Positions 28,040 to 38,169 of a DNA stretch of 64,000 nucleotides are shown piece by piece (the stretch's first letter is position 1; each line of letters starts with the position of its first letter). The notes beneath the pieces were generated by a model. That model did not search any database and had not been told where the DNA came from. It saw only the letters and a program-made list of their open reading frames with translations. This stretch comes from Reclinomonas americana ATCC 50394 (lineage: Eukaryota): the NCBI GenBank assembly GCA_048213135.1, contig PS015010.1:496001-560000 (forward strand), given 5' to 3'. The translations under genes were made by a program, and so were the position numbers.

Positions 28040-28228
28040 ATGTGCGGATGTGTGAATGAGAGGATGTGCAGGTGTGAAAATATGCAAATGTGCGAATGAG
28101 AAAATCAGTTCTGCCCTGTAGAACCTGTTATCCTTGTTAAAACTCTTTTTTGTGAAGATATTTTGAATTTTAACTTTTGATTTTTGAATTCAGAACGATT
28201 CATAATTCGTAATTCATAATTCGTAATT
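28040..28228. repeat. Stack of four tandem-array families in one intergenic region
   Basis: ATGTGCGG-like 8-mer x8 (28040-28103), weak CCTGT 9-mer (28114-28140), TTTTGAN x4 (28161-28188), C(A/G)TAATT x4 (28201-28228). Confidence 0.85.
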
Positions 28229-28239
28229 AATTTCACAGC

Positions 28240-29841
28240 ATGCATTCTTCAGCTGAGTTCATCTCCTACCAGTCAACTGCTCATTTCTCCAGGATCGTTA
28301 CGGATTATATAGCCGCGGATGAAAAACTAAAAGATTTCTACAGGCACCCCGTTTCCATTGAAGGCATAAAAGCTGCTATGGCAGGCAGAAAGAGCGATAA
28401 AGCCGGAAGGCAGCTGCTTGTTGAACAATTGCGGCAACAATACGAAGGCACTCCACTGAATCAAAAGCAGCAGCACCATCTTCAGCTGCTGAAAGCAGAT
28501 ACCACCTTTACCATTACCACGGCACACCAGCCCAATATATTCACCGGGCACCTGTATTTTATTTATAAGATACTTCACGCCATTAAACTAGCCGACCAGC
28601 TGAATGAAGCCATCCCCGGCAATCATTTTGTTCCCGTGTATTATATGGGCAGCGAAGATGCCGATCTTGATGAACTGGGACAGGTGCACATTAATGGCCG
28701 TAACCACGTTTGGCAGACACAGCAATCCGGCGCGGTGGGCAGAATGAAAGTGGACAAGGCATTGCTGCAAATGATCGGTGCCATCGCCGGGGAGATCACC
28801 GTTCTTCCGCATGGAGAAGCGATCATGCAACTGGTACGTGATTGTTACCGCGAAGGGCTTACCATTGAGCAGGCCACGTTTGCCCTGGTTAATGCATTAT
28901 TTGCTGAATACGGGCTGCTTATTTTATTACCCGATAACCAGGAGCTGAAACGTGCTTTCATACCGGTGGTGGAAAAGGAACTCAATGAACAGTTCTCTTC
29001 CAAAGCAGTGGCCGGAACCGTTTCCCGTTTCCCGCAGGAATATAAAGTACAGGCTGCGGGCAGGGAGGTTAATCTTTTTTACCTGGCCGATGGTCTGCGA
29101 GAACGTATAGAGCAGGAGGGTAACAACTGGGTCGTGGTCAACACCAACCTGCGCTTCACCGATGCAGAGCTGAAAGCGGAACTGCATAACCATCCCGAAC
29201 GCTTCAGCGCTAATGTTATACTGCGCCCGGTATTCCAGGAAATGATATTGCCCAACGTAGCTTTCATTGGCGGCGGTGGCGAGATCGCTTACTGGCTGGA
29301 ATTGCAGGAGGTATTCGAAGCGGCAGGCGTTCCGTTCCCGGTACTGGTGGTGCGCAATTCGTTTATGATAGCGGCAAACAAACCGGCAGAACTGGCATCC
29401 AAACTGGGTTTCAGCCTTACTGATCTTTTTCGTTCCGAGCAGGACCTGCTCAATGAACTGGTGAAAAGAAACAGCAGCTTACAACTCAGCCTGGAAAAGG
29501 AACGGGAACAATTGGCTGATCTCTACAACAAAATGAAAACCATTTCCGGCAATATCGATGCCAACCTGTCGCAACATACGGAAGCGCTTCATGTACAGGC
29601 GGATAAAAAACTGCAGGCACTGGAGAAAAAGATGTTACGTGCCGAAAGGCGTAAATACCGTGATCAGCAGGGACAGTTACACGCTGTTAAATCTTCATTA
29701 TTTCCCGGCAACGGTCTGCAGGAAAGAGTAGATAATCTTCTACCTTACTATGGCAAATGGGGCAGGGGTTTTCTTGAAGTAGTGTATAACAATTCCCTGG
29801 GCCTGGAACAGCAATTTTGTATCATTAAAGAAAAGATATAG
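28240..29841 (+). CDS. bshC: Bacillithiol biosynthesis cysteine-adding enzyme
   Basis: TTAHQPNIFTG, GSEDAD, ERFSANVILRP, IGGGGEIAYW, LQER. Confidence 0.95.
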   Translation: MHSSAEFISYQSTAHFSRIVTDYIAADEKLKDFYRHPVSIEGIKAAMAGRKSDKAGRQLLVEQLRQQYEGTPLNQKQQHHLQLLKADTTFTITTAHQPNIFTGHLYFIYKILHAIKLADQLNEAIPGNHFVPVYYMGSEDADLDELGQVHINGRNHVWQTQQSGAVGRMKVDKALLQMIGAIAGEITVLPHGEAIMQLVRDCYREGLTIEQATFALVNALFAEYGLLILLPDNQELKRAFIPVVEKELNEQFSSKAVAGTVSRFPQEYKVQAAGREVNLFYLADGLRERIEQEGNNWVVVNTNLRFTDAELKAELHNHPERFSANVILRPVFQEMILPNVAFIGGGGEIAYWLELQEVFEAAGVPFPVLVVRNSFMIAANKPAELASKLGFSLTDLFRSEQDLLNELVKRNSSLQLSLEKEREQLADLYNKMKTISGNIDANLSQHTEALHVQADKKLQALEKKMLRAERRKYRDQQGQLHAVKSSLFPGNGLQERVDNLLPYYGKWGRGFLEVVYNNSLGLEQQFCIIKEKI

Positions 29842-29843
29842 TT

Positions 29844-30344
29844 ATGGCATCCGTTAAACTCCCTTATTTCGGTCACATCGATCCATCAGCACTCGAAGAA
29901 TATTATGACGCGGAAGTACCCTATAATGATACGGAGATAATAGTGGACCTGAATTTTGAAACGGGTACGATAGATCCGGCAAGGCTGGACCTGGTTAAAA
30001 ATTTCATCGACAATATCCGCATACACGACATCAATAATAAGAAACTCATTGCAGCTGATTACGATGATGAACAAGGTGATACGGTAAAGGAATATATTGA
30101 ACACCACCTCGAAGAGCTGGGCGAGGAAGAACTCGCCGGACTGGTAGACATCAACGCGAAAGCCGCGGATAAAGAAAAGCAGATGCTCCAAAAGCTAAAC
30201 CTGGTAAGGGTTGGGTTGTACCCCGACAGCGCCGACCAGTTTGCCATATTCGATTATTCCATCGGGGAGGACATCACCAATTACCTGGTTGTATTGTTTA
30301 CAGATGAGAACGGGAATCTGGATTATATGACGCTGGAGAGTTGA
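29844..30344 (+). CDS. Acidic hypothetical protein, DUF2004-like
   Basis: LPYFG, LVRVGLYPD, FDYSIGEDITNY, C-terminal LES; family from recollection. Confidence 0.7.
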   Translation: MASVKLPYFGHIDPSALEEYYDAEVPYNDTEIIVDLNFETGTIDPARLDLVKNFIDNIRIHDINNKKLIAADYDDEQGDTVKEYIEHHLEELGEEELAGLVDINAKAADKEKQMLQKLNLVRVGLYPDSADQFAIFDYSIGEDITNYLVVLFTDENGNLDYMTLES

Positions 30345-30353
30345 GTTGTAAGG

Positions 30354-30433
30354 AAAGTAAAAATTGAAAAATCAAAAGTAAAAAATCAAAAGCCAGGCAT
30401 TCACTCATTCACATATTCGCATATTCACACATT
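30354..30433. repeat. AAGTAAA/AATCAAA 7-mer array and ATTCACAC-like 8-mer array between convergent stops
   Basis: 30354-30392 follows the + strand stop; 30398-30433 reads ATGTGTGA-like on the minus strand after the purE stop. Confidence 0.8.
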
Positions 30434-30947
30434 AATCAAACTCATTCCTGTACCCTGTACCCCTCACATTCTTTACACTCTCCATCACAATATCATCCTG
30501 GTATTCTTTAAAGGCTTCCAGTTTGCCGGCAATAGAGGTGTCATGCAGGGCGAGTACCTGTGCGGCAAGTATACCGGCGTTTTTAGCGCCATTGAGTGCT
30601 ACAGTAGCCACGGGTACGCCATAAGGCATTTGTAAAATAGACAGGATGGAATCCCAGCCATCAATGGAGTTGGATGATTTTACCGGTACGCCGATCACGG
30701 GCAGTATGGTTTGTGCGGCAATCATTCCCGGCAGGTGAGCGGCGCCGCCGGCCCCGGCTATGATCACTTTCAAACCTCTTTCCTTAGCCTTCATGGCGTA
30801 GTCACGCAGGCGCTCCGGTGTACGGTGTGCTGAAACGATGGTGAGTTCGGGTTCTACTTCAAACTGGCGCAGCATATCCACAGCGCCTTTCATCACTTCC
30901 AGGTCGCTTTCGCTGCCCATTACTATACCGACTAAAGGATGGCTCAT
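30432..30947 (-). CDS. purE: N5-carboxyaminoimidazole ribonucleotide mutase
   Basis: [31 protein letters not shown]. Confidence 0.97.
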   Translation of the reverse strand: MSHPLVGIVMGSESDLEVMKGAVDMLRQFEVEPELTIVSAHRTPERLRDYAMKAKERGLKVIIAGAGGAAHLPGMIAAQTILPVIGVPVKSSNSIDGWDSILSILQMPYGVPVATVALNGAKNAGILAAQVLALHDTSIAGKLEAFKEYQDDIVMESVKNVRGTGYRNEFD

Positions 30948-30983
30948 GTTGGGGGAGGTTTTGTGGACGCAAGATAGATAAGT

Positions 30984-31132
30984 AATTATGAATTACGAAT
31001 TACTAATTTTATCCTGAGCGAAGCGAAGGATATCGAAGGATAACCGCAAAGAAAGAAGTACGCAAAGTTTGCGCAAAGAAGGTTCGAATTATCACATTAT
31101 TATATTCGCATATTCACACATGCGCACACTCC
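30984..31132. repeat. Composite repeat region: AATTACG array, REP-like ATCCTGAGCGAAGCGAAGGA, CGCAAAG repeats, 8-mer array
   Basis: Direct reading; 30991-31030 matches the reverse complement of 62677-62716 at 37/40. Confidence 0.8.
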
Positions 31133-31135
31133 ACC

Positions 31136-32455
31136 TTATTTAATAATATCTCCTTTCAACCTCAGCAGATTCGTCTCGGCCAGCTTCGTGTTGTACCTGG
31201 CAGCGATGAGGCGGTCGTAAGCGTCCTGTAAACTCTTTTGTGTCTCCCGTAATTCGAGGTAGGTGGCAACGCCCAGGCGAAGCCTTTCCACTGCTATATA
31301 CACGTTCTCACGGGCCAGTACAATATTCTCTTCTTCCAGTGCCAGCGTTCTTTTCTGGAGGTCGTAGTCCTTGAACGCATTGGTGATATTGAGGTCGATG
31401 ATGGATTTCTGCTGGTTATAAAAGATGTTGAGGTAGTCGATATCCAGCTGTGCCTGCCTGATCTGCCTCCTTACATTAAAGCCATTCAGGATAGGAATAC
31501 TGATGCCAACGCCGTAGTTAAAACCGTTGTTGCGGTTGAACAGGGGAGTGAAGCTATTGATCACCGACTGGTTGGTAGTACGGGAGTAGTTGTAGGCCGA
31601 GTTAAAAGAAACTGTTGGCCACAGCTCTGCTTTCCTTTCTTTCAGCGTGAGTTTACTGATGTCGATATTCTTTTTAGTGGCCAGCAACTGTGTGTTAGTA
31701 TTTTCCACCGTGCCCAGTATATCGCCCAGTATTATGTCGTTGCGGTAGGGAATAGAGTCAGCTACCTCATAACGTGTGTTCAGTTCCACATTCATCAGCT
31801 GGTTCAGTTGTTCCTTCAACTGGTCAATCAACGTCATCTGTTTCATGCGGGCAGCTTTCTGTGCATTCAGGTCTACCTTGCCCTGCAGTAATTCGGGTTT
31901 GGCGCCCAGTCCCACGCTGAGTTTTTTCTCGGCCACTTTCACGCGTTCTTCATTAAGGCTCATCTGTTCTTCAATGGCTTTCAGCTGTTGTTTCTGCCTT
32001 ACGATATTGTAATAATTATTGATGAGGTCGGCCACGGATATCACCATCTGGTTCCTGATATTGATCTCGCCGAGTTTTACAAATTCATATACTTTGTCGC
32101 GGGTGGCAAACATTTTCAACCCGTCAAATAATGTCCAGTTCAGCTGAACCGCACCGGTAAGGTTATTGGAACGTAATCCTTTACTCTGGCGGCTGGTGCC
32201 ATCGGCCAGTTTTTGTTTCTGGCTGTTGTTGTTGAAGACAATACCGCCGGTGGCGTTCACCCTGGGCAGAAAAGCCGCGTTGGCATATATCTTATCCAGT
32301 GCATAAGAAGCGGAGTCGTTACGAAGCAGCTGTATGTCGTAATTGTTCTTCAGCGTAACGGCAATGGCTTCCTCCACGGTCAGCATGGTCTGCTGTGCCC
32401 GTGCCTGCATCACGAATAAAAAAGAAAAGGACACTATAATAAAACGATAACTCAT
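31136..32455 (-). CDS. TolC-family outer-membrane efflux protein
   Basis: Signal peptide; two OEP repeats (LPRVN...WTLFDG; WPTVS...IPILNG). Confidence 0.92.
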   Translation of the reverse strand: MSYRFIIVSFSFLFVMQARAQQTMLTVEEAIAVTLKNNYDIQLLRNDSASYALDKIYANAAFLPRVNATGGIVFNNNSQKQKLADGTSRQSKGLRSNNLTGAVQLNWTLFDGLKMFATRDKVYEFVKLGEINIRNQMVISVADLINNYYNIVRQKQQLKAIEEQMSLNEERVKVAEKKLSVGLGAKPELLQGKVDLNAQKAARMKQMTLIDQLKEQLNQLMNVELNTRYEVADSIPYRNDIILGDILGTVENTNTQLLATKKNIDISKLTLKERKAELWPTVSFNSAYNYSRTTNQSVINSFTPLFNRNNGFNYGVGISIPILNGFNVRRQIRQAQLDIDYLNIFYNQQKSIIDLNITNAFKDYDLQKRTLALEEENIVLARENVYIAVERLRLGVATYLELRETQKSLQDAYDRLIAARYNTKLAETNLLRLKGDIIK

Positions 32456-35400
32456 TCCTCTGGTTTTTGTTGTTCAGGTTCGTGGTGTACGGTTGCCGGT
32501 TTCTCTTCCAGTTCATCGAGTTCACTCTTTTTCTTTTTGCTCGACAGGAAGGAGTACATGGCCGGGATCACGAATAATGTCAATATAAGTGCAAACATGA
32601 TACCACCTACAATAACGATACCCAGTGGTATACGGCTTGTAGAAGCATCGCCCAGCGACAGCGCCAGCGGAAGAGCGCCCAGTGCCATGGCCAGGCTTGT
32701 CATTAAGATAGGACGGAAGCGGGCAACGGCAGCATCTATGGCCGATGGAATTTTTTTGGAACCGGCAAGTTGCTTCTGGTTGGCAAATTCCACGATGAGG
32801 ATACCATTCTTCGTCACCAGCCCGATGAGCATGATCATACCGATCTGTGAGAAGATGTTCAGCGTTTGACCGAATATCCAAAGTGATAACAATGCTCCCG
32901 CAATCGCCAGTGGTACGGTGATCATGATGATGAGCGGATCGATAAAGCTTTCAAACTGCGCCGCCAGTACCAGGAAGATGAGCACCAGCGCCAGGAGGAA
33001 CGCGAAGCTGGTATTGCTGCCGCTTTCTGCGTAGTCGCGGGAGGAACCGCTTAACGCGGTGCTGAAGGTATCGTCGAGCAGTTTACCGGCAATGCGTTCC
33101 ATTTCCTTGATGCCATCGCCAACCGTTTTGCCTGGAGCAAGACCTGAAGAAACAGTGGCCGACTTATACCGGTTGAAGTGATAGATGGTAGGCGGCGTAC
33201 TTTCTTCCACCATATCCACCAGGTTGTCGAGCGGTATCATTTGCCCGGTGGCGTTCTTTACATAAATGGATTTCAGATCGGTAGGATCATCGCGGTTGCT
33301 GCGGTCCACCTGTCCCATTACCTGGTATTGTTTGCCATCTTTGGTGAAGAAACCCAGGCGCCTGTTACTCAGGGCGAGTTGCAGCGCTTCTGAAATATTC
33401 TGAACGCTGATGCCTAGCGCGCTGGCCTTCAGCCTGTCGATGAGGATACGCAGTTCGGGTTTGTTGAATTTGAGGTCCACGTCGCCGCCCTGTAATACGC
33501 TGCTGTTGTTCACTTCTTCCATGAACTTGGGCAATACATCTTTGAGCTTGTCAAAGTTCACATTCTGCAGTACAAACTGTACGGGCTGACCACCCCGGCG
33601 GTTCACCGAAATGGTTTGTTCCTGTATGGTTACGGCCCGGCCTTCATTGAATTTGGGCAGGTTCTTATTGATCATGTCCACCACCTGCTGCTGCGAACGT
33701 TTTCTTTCACCCGGGTCCACCATCACTACGCGGATAAAGCCTGTATTTACAGCACCAGAGCCGGTAAAGCCCGGGGCGGTGAGGGAGATCATGGTTTGTT
33801 TTTCCGGAACGGAGTCACTCACGAATTTGGCAAGCTTGTCTACATAACGGTCCATATAGTCGTAAGCGGTCCCTTCAGGCGCTGTCACCTGCAAACGGAA
33901 CTGGCTGCGGTCTTCCATGGGCGCCAGTTCGGAAGGCATATCCTTACCAATGAACCAGATCAGCCCAAAACAAACCACGATGATCACCAGTGCCAGCCAG
34001 CGTATCCGCATAAACCCGTTGAGCATCCGGCGGTAACCGTTTTCCATACCCCGGAAGAAAGGCTCTGTTTTATCATAGAACCACGAATTCTTGTGCACCT
34101 TCTTCGTCATCTTCACATTGAGTACAGGCGTTAACGTTAGTGACACCAGTGCCGATATGAGTACGGCGCCGGCGACGACGATACCGAACTCACGGAAAAG
34201 ACGGCCTACAAAACCCTGTAAGAAAATGATGGGAAGGAATACGATGGCCAGTGTAATGGAAGTGGAAATTACCGCGAAGTAAATCTCTTTCGAACCCTCC
34301 TTGGCGGCCTGCCACTTACTCATGCCTTCCTCCATTTTTTTGAAGATATTCTCCGTCACCACAATACCGTCATCCACCACCAATCCCGTAGCCAGTACAA
34401 TAGCCAGCAGCGTAAGTACATTGATGGTAAACCCGCAGAGGTACATGATGAAGAAAGCGCCGATCAGCGAAACGGGGATATCGATCAGCGGCCTTACGGC
34501 AATGAGCCAGTCGCGGAAGAAAAGATAAATGATGAGTACCACCAGTACCAGCGCTACGATCAGTGTTTCCTTTACTTCGGAAATGGATTTCTTGATGTAC
34601 TTGGTCTGATCGAGAGCAATGTTGAGTGATATGTCAGCAGGTATTTCTTTTTTGATCTGTTCAATACGTTTGTAAAATTCATCGGAGATGGCCACATAAT
34701 TGGAACCGGGCTGTGGCACCAGTGCCAGGGCGATCATAGGAACACCGCTTTCTTTCAGTACCGATTCTTCATTCTCAGGACCCAGCACCACATCAGCCAC
34801 ATCGCCAATCTTGATATCGGCGCCATTCACATTTTTGATGATCACGTTCTCAAATTCTTCCTCGGTGTTGATCTTACCGAAAGTACGAACGGACAATTCC
34901 GTAGCGTCGCCGGATATTTTGCCGGAGGGCAATTCCACATTCTCACGGTTGAGGGCGGCCTGCACATCATCGAAAGTCAGCCCGAAGCCGCTTAGTTTGG
35001 ACGTGTTGAACCAGATACGCATGGCATATCTTTTTTCACCCCATATATTGATACCGCTCACCCCGGGAATGGTTTGCAGCCTTTCGAGCAGGTTGTTGTT
35101 GGCGTATTCTGTGATCTCCAGCTGGTTGCGGGTATCACTCCTTACAGTCATGGCCAGAATAGGGTCGGAGCTGGCGTCGGCCTTGGATACCACCGGCGGT
35201 GCATCAAGATCGGGCGGGAGTGAGCGGATGGCCTGCGATACCTTATCCCGTACATCATTGGCAGCGGCTTCCAGGTCTTCACCCAGTTCAAACTCCACGT
35301 TGATATTGCTGGTGCCCTGGCTGCTGGAAGAGGTGATGTTCTTTACACCGGCAATACCGTTGATCGCTTTCTCCAGTGGTTCGGTGATCTGCGATTCAAT

Positions 35401-35574
35401 GATGTCGGAGTTGGCGCCGGGGTAAGAGGTCCGTACGCTGATATTGGGCGGGTCAATAGCGGGATAGTCCCGTATACCCAGGAATTTAAAACCGATGGCG
35501 CCAAACAGGATGATGATGATGCTGAGCACGATCGCCATCACAGGCCGCCGTAAACTGAGTTCTGATACGTTCAC
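32452..35574 (-). CDS. RND efflux permease (AcrB/MdtB/MexW-like)
   Basis: GLVVDDGIVVTENI, RFRPILMT; 12-TM RND layout; GTG start. Confidence 0.96.
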   Translation of the reverse strand: MNVSELSLRRPVMAIVLSIIIILFGAIGFKFLGIRDYPAIDPPNISVRTSYPGANSDIIESQITEPLEKAINGIAGVKNITSSSSQGTSNINVEFELGEDLEAAANDVRDKVSQAIRSLPPDLDAPPVVSKADASSDPILAMTVRSDTRNQLEITEYANNNLLERLQTIPGVSGINIWGEKRYAMRIWFNTSKLSGFGLTFDDVQAALNRENVELPSGKISGDATELSVRTFGKINTEEEFENVIIKNVNGADIKIGDVADVVLGPENEESVLKESGVPMIALALVPQPGSNYVAISDEFYKRIEQIKKEIPADISLNIALDQTKYIKKSISEVKETLIVALVLVVLIIYLFFRDWLIAVRPLIDIPVSLIGAFFIMYLCGFTINVLTLLAIVLATGLVVDDGIVVTENIFKKMEEGMSKWQAAKEGSKEIYFAVISTSITLAIVFLPIIFLQGFVGRLFREFGIVVAGAVLISALVSLTLTPVLNVKMTKKVHKNSWFYDKTEPFFRGMENGYRRMLNGFMRIRWLALVIIVVCFGLIWFIGKDMPSELAPMEDRSQFRLQVTAPEGTAYDYMDRYVDKLAKFVSDSVPEKQTMISLTAPGFTGSGAVNTGFIRVVMVDPGERKRSQQQVVDMINKNLPKFNEGRAVTIQEQTISVNRRGGQPVQFVLQNVNFDKLKDVLPKFMEEVNNSSVLQGGDVDLKFNKPELRILIDRLKASALGISVQNISEALQLALSNRRLGFFTKDGKQYQVMGQVDRSNRDDPTDLKSIYVKNATGQMIPLDNLVDMVEESTPPTIYHFNRYKSATVSSGLAPGKTVGDGIKEMERIAGKLLDDTFSTALSGSSRDYAESGSNTSFAFLLALVLIFLVLAAQFESFIDPLIIMITVPLAIAGALLSLWIFGQTLNIFSQIGMIMLIGLVTKNGILIVEFANQKQLAGSKKIPSAIDAAVARFRPILMTSLAMALGALPLALSLGDASTSRIPLGIVIVGGIMFALILTLFVIPAMYSFLSSKKKKSELDELEEKPATVHHEPEQQKPEE

Positions 35575-35586
35575 GCTGGAAATATT

Positions 35587-36648
35587 TTATGGTTTCGTCA
35601 CTTTGCCCAATACGATCTTAGCTTTAGGCTTGATTGTGAGCAGACCGGTGAGGATAATGGTATCGCCGGCTTTCAGTCCCGATGTGATCTCTACATTTGA
35701 AGAATCCCGTATGCCGGTAGTCACTGTTTCCATGGAGGCAATGCCACCACGGTATACGATCACTTCCTTGGTCCTGGCCTTAGGTATTACAGCCTGGGAA
35801 GGGATCATGAGGGCGGCATCGTTCTTTCCCAAAGGAATCTGCACTTTTACGAATGATCCCGGAATAAGTTGTGCATCGGGTTTATCAACCACGGCCCTTA
35901 CTTTCAGGCTGCGGCTTTCTTCCGCGATATCATTTTCCGTAGCGATCACACGGGCTGCATAATTTTTAGTACTTCCTTCAGATGAGAAACTCACCATATG
36001 CCCGGGCTGCATCTGCGTTCCGTATTTTTCCGGAACGGTGAATTCCATTTTCAGCTGGCTCACCTTACGCAGGGTGGTAATAAGTGTCGCAGGGCTTACA
36101 TAAGCGCCCATGCTGATGTTGCGCAGCCCCAGCTTACCGCTGAAAGGCGCCCTGAGCGATGTTTTGGAAATACTGGTTTTGATGATGCTGATATCGGCGA
36201 TGATGTTGTTCATCGACAGGCGGTTAAGATCCACTTCCTGCTGACTTACACCCTGTATCTTGGCCAGTTCTTCATAGCGGCTGAGGGTTTGCTGCGCTAC
36301 TTTGAGTTGTACTTCGAGTTTTTTGAGTTGCGCCTGCAGGTCGCCGTCATACAGTTTTACCAGGACGGCGCCCTGGCTTACATTGGCCCCTTCTTTAAAA
36401 TAAATGCCGGTTACACGGCCGGCCACTTCAGGATGTATTTCAGTTTCTTCAAAAGGCGTGAGGCTGCCCGGCATTTCGATGTCCTGCGACAACGCCTGCG
36501 GGGTTACCACATAGCCTTCCACGCGGGAAGGAGGGCGGGGTGCATTTTTTTTGGCCGCAGCGTCTTTGTCTTTTGAGCTGCAGGCACTGAGGAACAGGCT
36601 GGTCAGGAGTACAGCAGAGGTCCATTTCCAATACGATCGTACCATCAT
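35587..36648 (-). CDS. RND periplasmic adaptor (MFP) lipoprotein
   Basis: Lipobox LSAC; lipoyl halves GRVT...EGANV and LRAPFSG. Confidence 0.93.
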   Translation of the reverse strand: MMVRSYWKWTSAVLLTSLFLSACSSKDKDAAAKKNAPRPPSRVEGYVVTPQALSQDIEMPGSLTPFEETEIHPEVAGRVTGIYFKEGANVSQGAVLVKLYDGDLQAQLKKLEVQLKVAQQTLSRYEELAKIQGVSQQEVDLNRLSMNNIIADISIIKTSISKTSLRAPFSGKLGLRNISMGAYVSPATLITTLRKVSQLKMEFTVPEKYGTQMQPGHMVSFSSEGSTKNYAARVIATENDIAEESRSLKVRAVVDKPDAQLIPGSFVKVQIPLGKNDAALMIPSQAVIPKARTKEVIVYRGGIASMETVTTGIRDSSNVEITSGLKAGDTIILTGLLTIKPKAKIVLGKVTKP

Positions 36649-36756
36649 CTGTGTTTAAACATTAATATGGGTAAAAAATACAGGCTCTAAGTTCAATAAT
36701 TAAGCCGAAAGGGAAACCGGAAAAATTACGAACGGGCAAATGGTAGGATGGGGACG

Positions 36757-37884
36757 TTAAGCGATTGTTACCACTTTCACGGTCTGGCGGATGCGGGCCG
36801 CCTGGTGGATCAGTTCCTGTTTCTCTTTGCTAACGATGGTGATATGTCCCATTTTGCGGCCGGGCTTTGTTTCGGCCTTACCATAAATATGTACGAATAC
36901 ATTTTCCAGTTCCATAATACTGTTCAGGCCTTCATATACCGCCGGTCCGCTGCAACCGGGCGCCCCCAGCAGGTTAACGATGGCGGCGGGTAATATGGTT
37001 TCGGTACTTCCTAAAGGATAATTGAGGAGAATTCTCCACAACATATCAAATTGTGAGGAGAAATTACCTTCAATGGTATGGTGCCCGCTGTTGTGAACAC
37101 GGGGTGCCGTTTCATTCACGAGTACATTATCCTCTTTATCTATAAACAGTTCAACAGCAAAAATGCCGGGGCTTTTCAGCTCCTTTACCACTTTAAGAGC
37201 GATAGCTTCCACACGCCAGAGGATCTTTTCGGGGAGGTCAGCCGGGCTGATCTGGTAGTCGAGCAGGTTGAGGCGGGGATCAAACACCATATCCACCGGG
37301 GGGTACAGTGCCGTATTTCCTGTGGCGTCAATGGCGATGATCATGGCGATCTCTTTCTTAATGTCCACCATTTTTTCCAGTACCGACGGGGCGTCAAAAC
37401 CTTTGTCAAGGTCGGCTGCGCTTTGCAGCACCTCCACGCCACGCCCGTCATAACCGCCCATGCCCAGCTTGTGCACGGCAGGCAGGAAGGAACTCTGCTG
37501 TTTCAGCTCCGCCTGGTTTTGCGTGATCACAAAGGCGGAACTGGGGATATCATGACTGTGGTAGAATTGCTTTTGCAGGATCTTGTCGCGTATAATGCGG
37601 AGTGCTGACGGTTTAGGGTAGATTTTCACGCCCTCGGCTTCCAGTTTTTCCAGGGCCTCCACGTTCACTTTTTCTATTTCTATGGTAATGGCGTCGAGTC
37701 CTTTGCCAAAGCGGTATACGTCGTCAAAACTGGTGATATCGCCTGTAGTGAAATGATGGCACAGGTGGGCGGAAGGGCAGGAGGGGTCATTCTCCATTAC
37801 ATGCGTTTGCACAGGGTAATTGGCCGCAGCCTGTAATAACATACGGCCCAGCTGGCCGCCTCCGAGAATGCCGACGTTCATCAT
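36757..37884 (-). CDS. purK: N5-CAIR synthetase
   Basis: GILGGGQLGRM, GYDGRG, NETAPRVHNSGH, RKMGH; start 37884 follows a TATCTTTG box at 37889-37896. Confidence 0.96.
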   Translation of the reverse strand: MMNVGILGGGQLGRMLLQAAANYPVQTHVMENDPSCPSAHLCHHFTTGDITSFDDVYRFGKGLDAITIEIEKVNVEALEKLEAEGVKIYPKPSALRIIRDKILQKQFYHSHDIPSSAFVITQNQAELKQQSSFLPAVHKLGMGGYDGRGVEVLQSAADLDKGFDAPSVLEKMVDIKKEIAMIIAIDATGNTALYPPVDMVFDPRLNLLDYQISPADLPEKILWRVEAIALKVVKELKSPGIFAVELFIDKEDNVLVNETAPRVHNSGHHTIEGNFSSQFDMLWRILLNYPLGSTETILPAAIVNLLGAPGCSGPAVYEGLNSIMELENVFVHIYGKAETKPGRKMGHITIVSKEKQELIHQAARIRQTVKVVTIA

Positions 37885-37896
37885 GCGGCAAAGATA

Positions 37897-38014
37897 ATTT
37901 GACAATTCGACAATCTGACAATTTGAAAATGGAAGAATTCATGCCATCCGGCGGGAAAAGTTGTATCAATATGCGGATTCCATCCGGCTACTTGCTACTC
38001 ACTACTAAATACTA
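37897..38014. repeat. Two arrays abutting the divergent purK and hppD promoters
   Basis: ATTTGACA-like 8-mers at 37897-37937 and CTACTCA-like 7-mers at 37988-38014; each ends at a TAnnTTTG box. Confidence 0.75.
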
Positions 38015-38169
38015 TATTTGTGTCACCTGATGGTACCTGATTATCCACATAAACTCTTTTCCGACAAACGTAAGCGTTACAGTCTGCTCATGCTTACGCT
38101 GGCTATGGATTCGGCAATTTGATCTGAACCGGTACGTTTTTTTATTCAGTCATTTCAAATTACAACATC

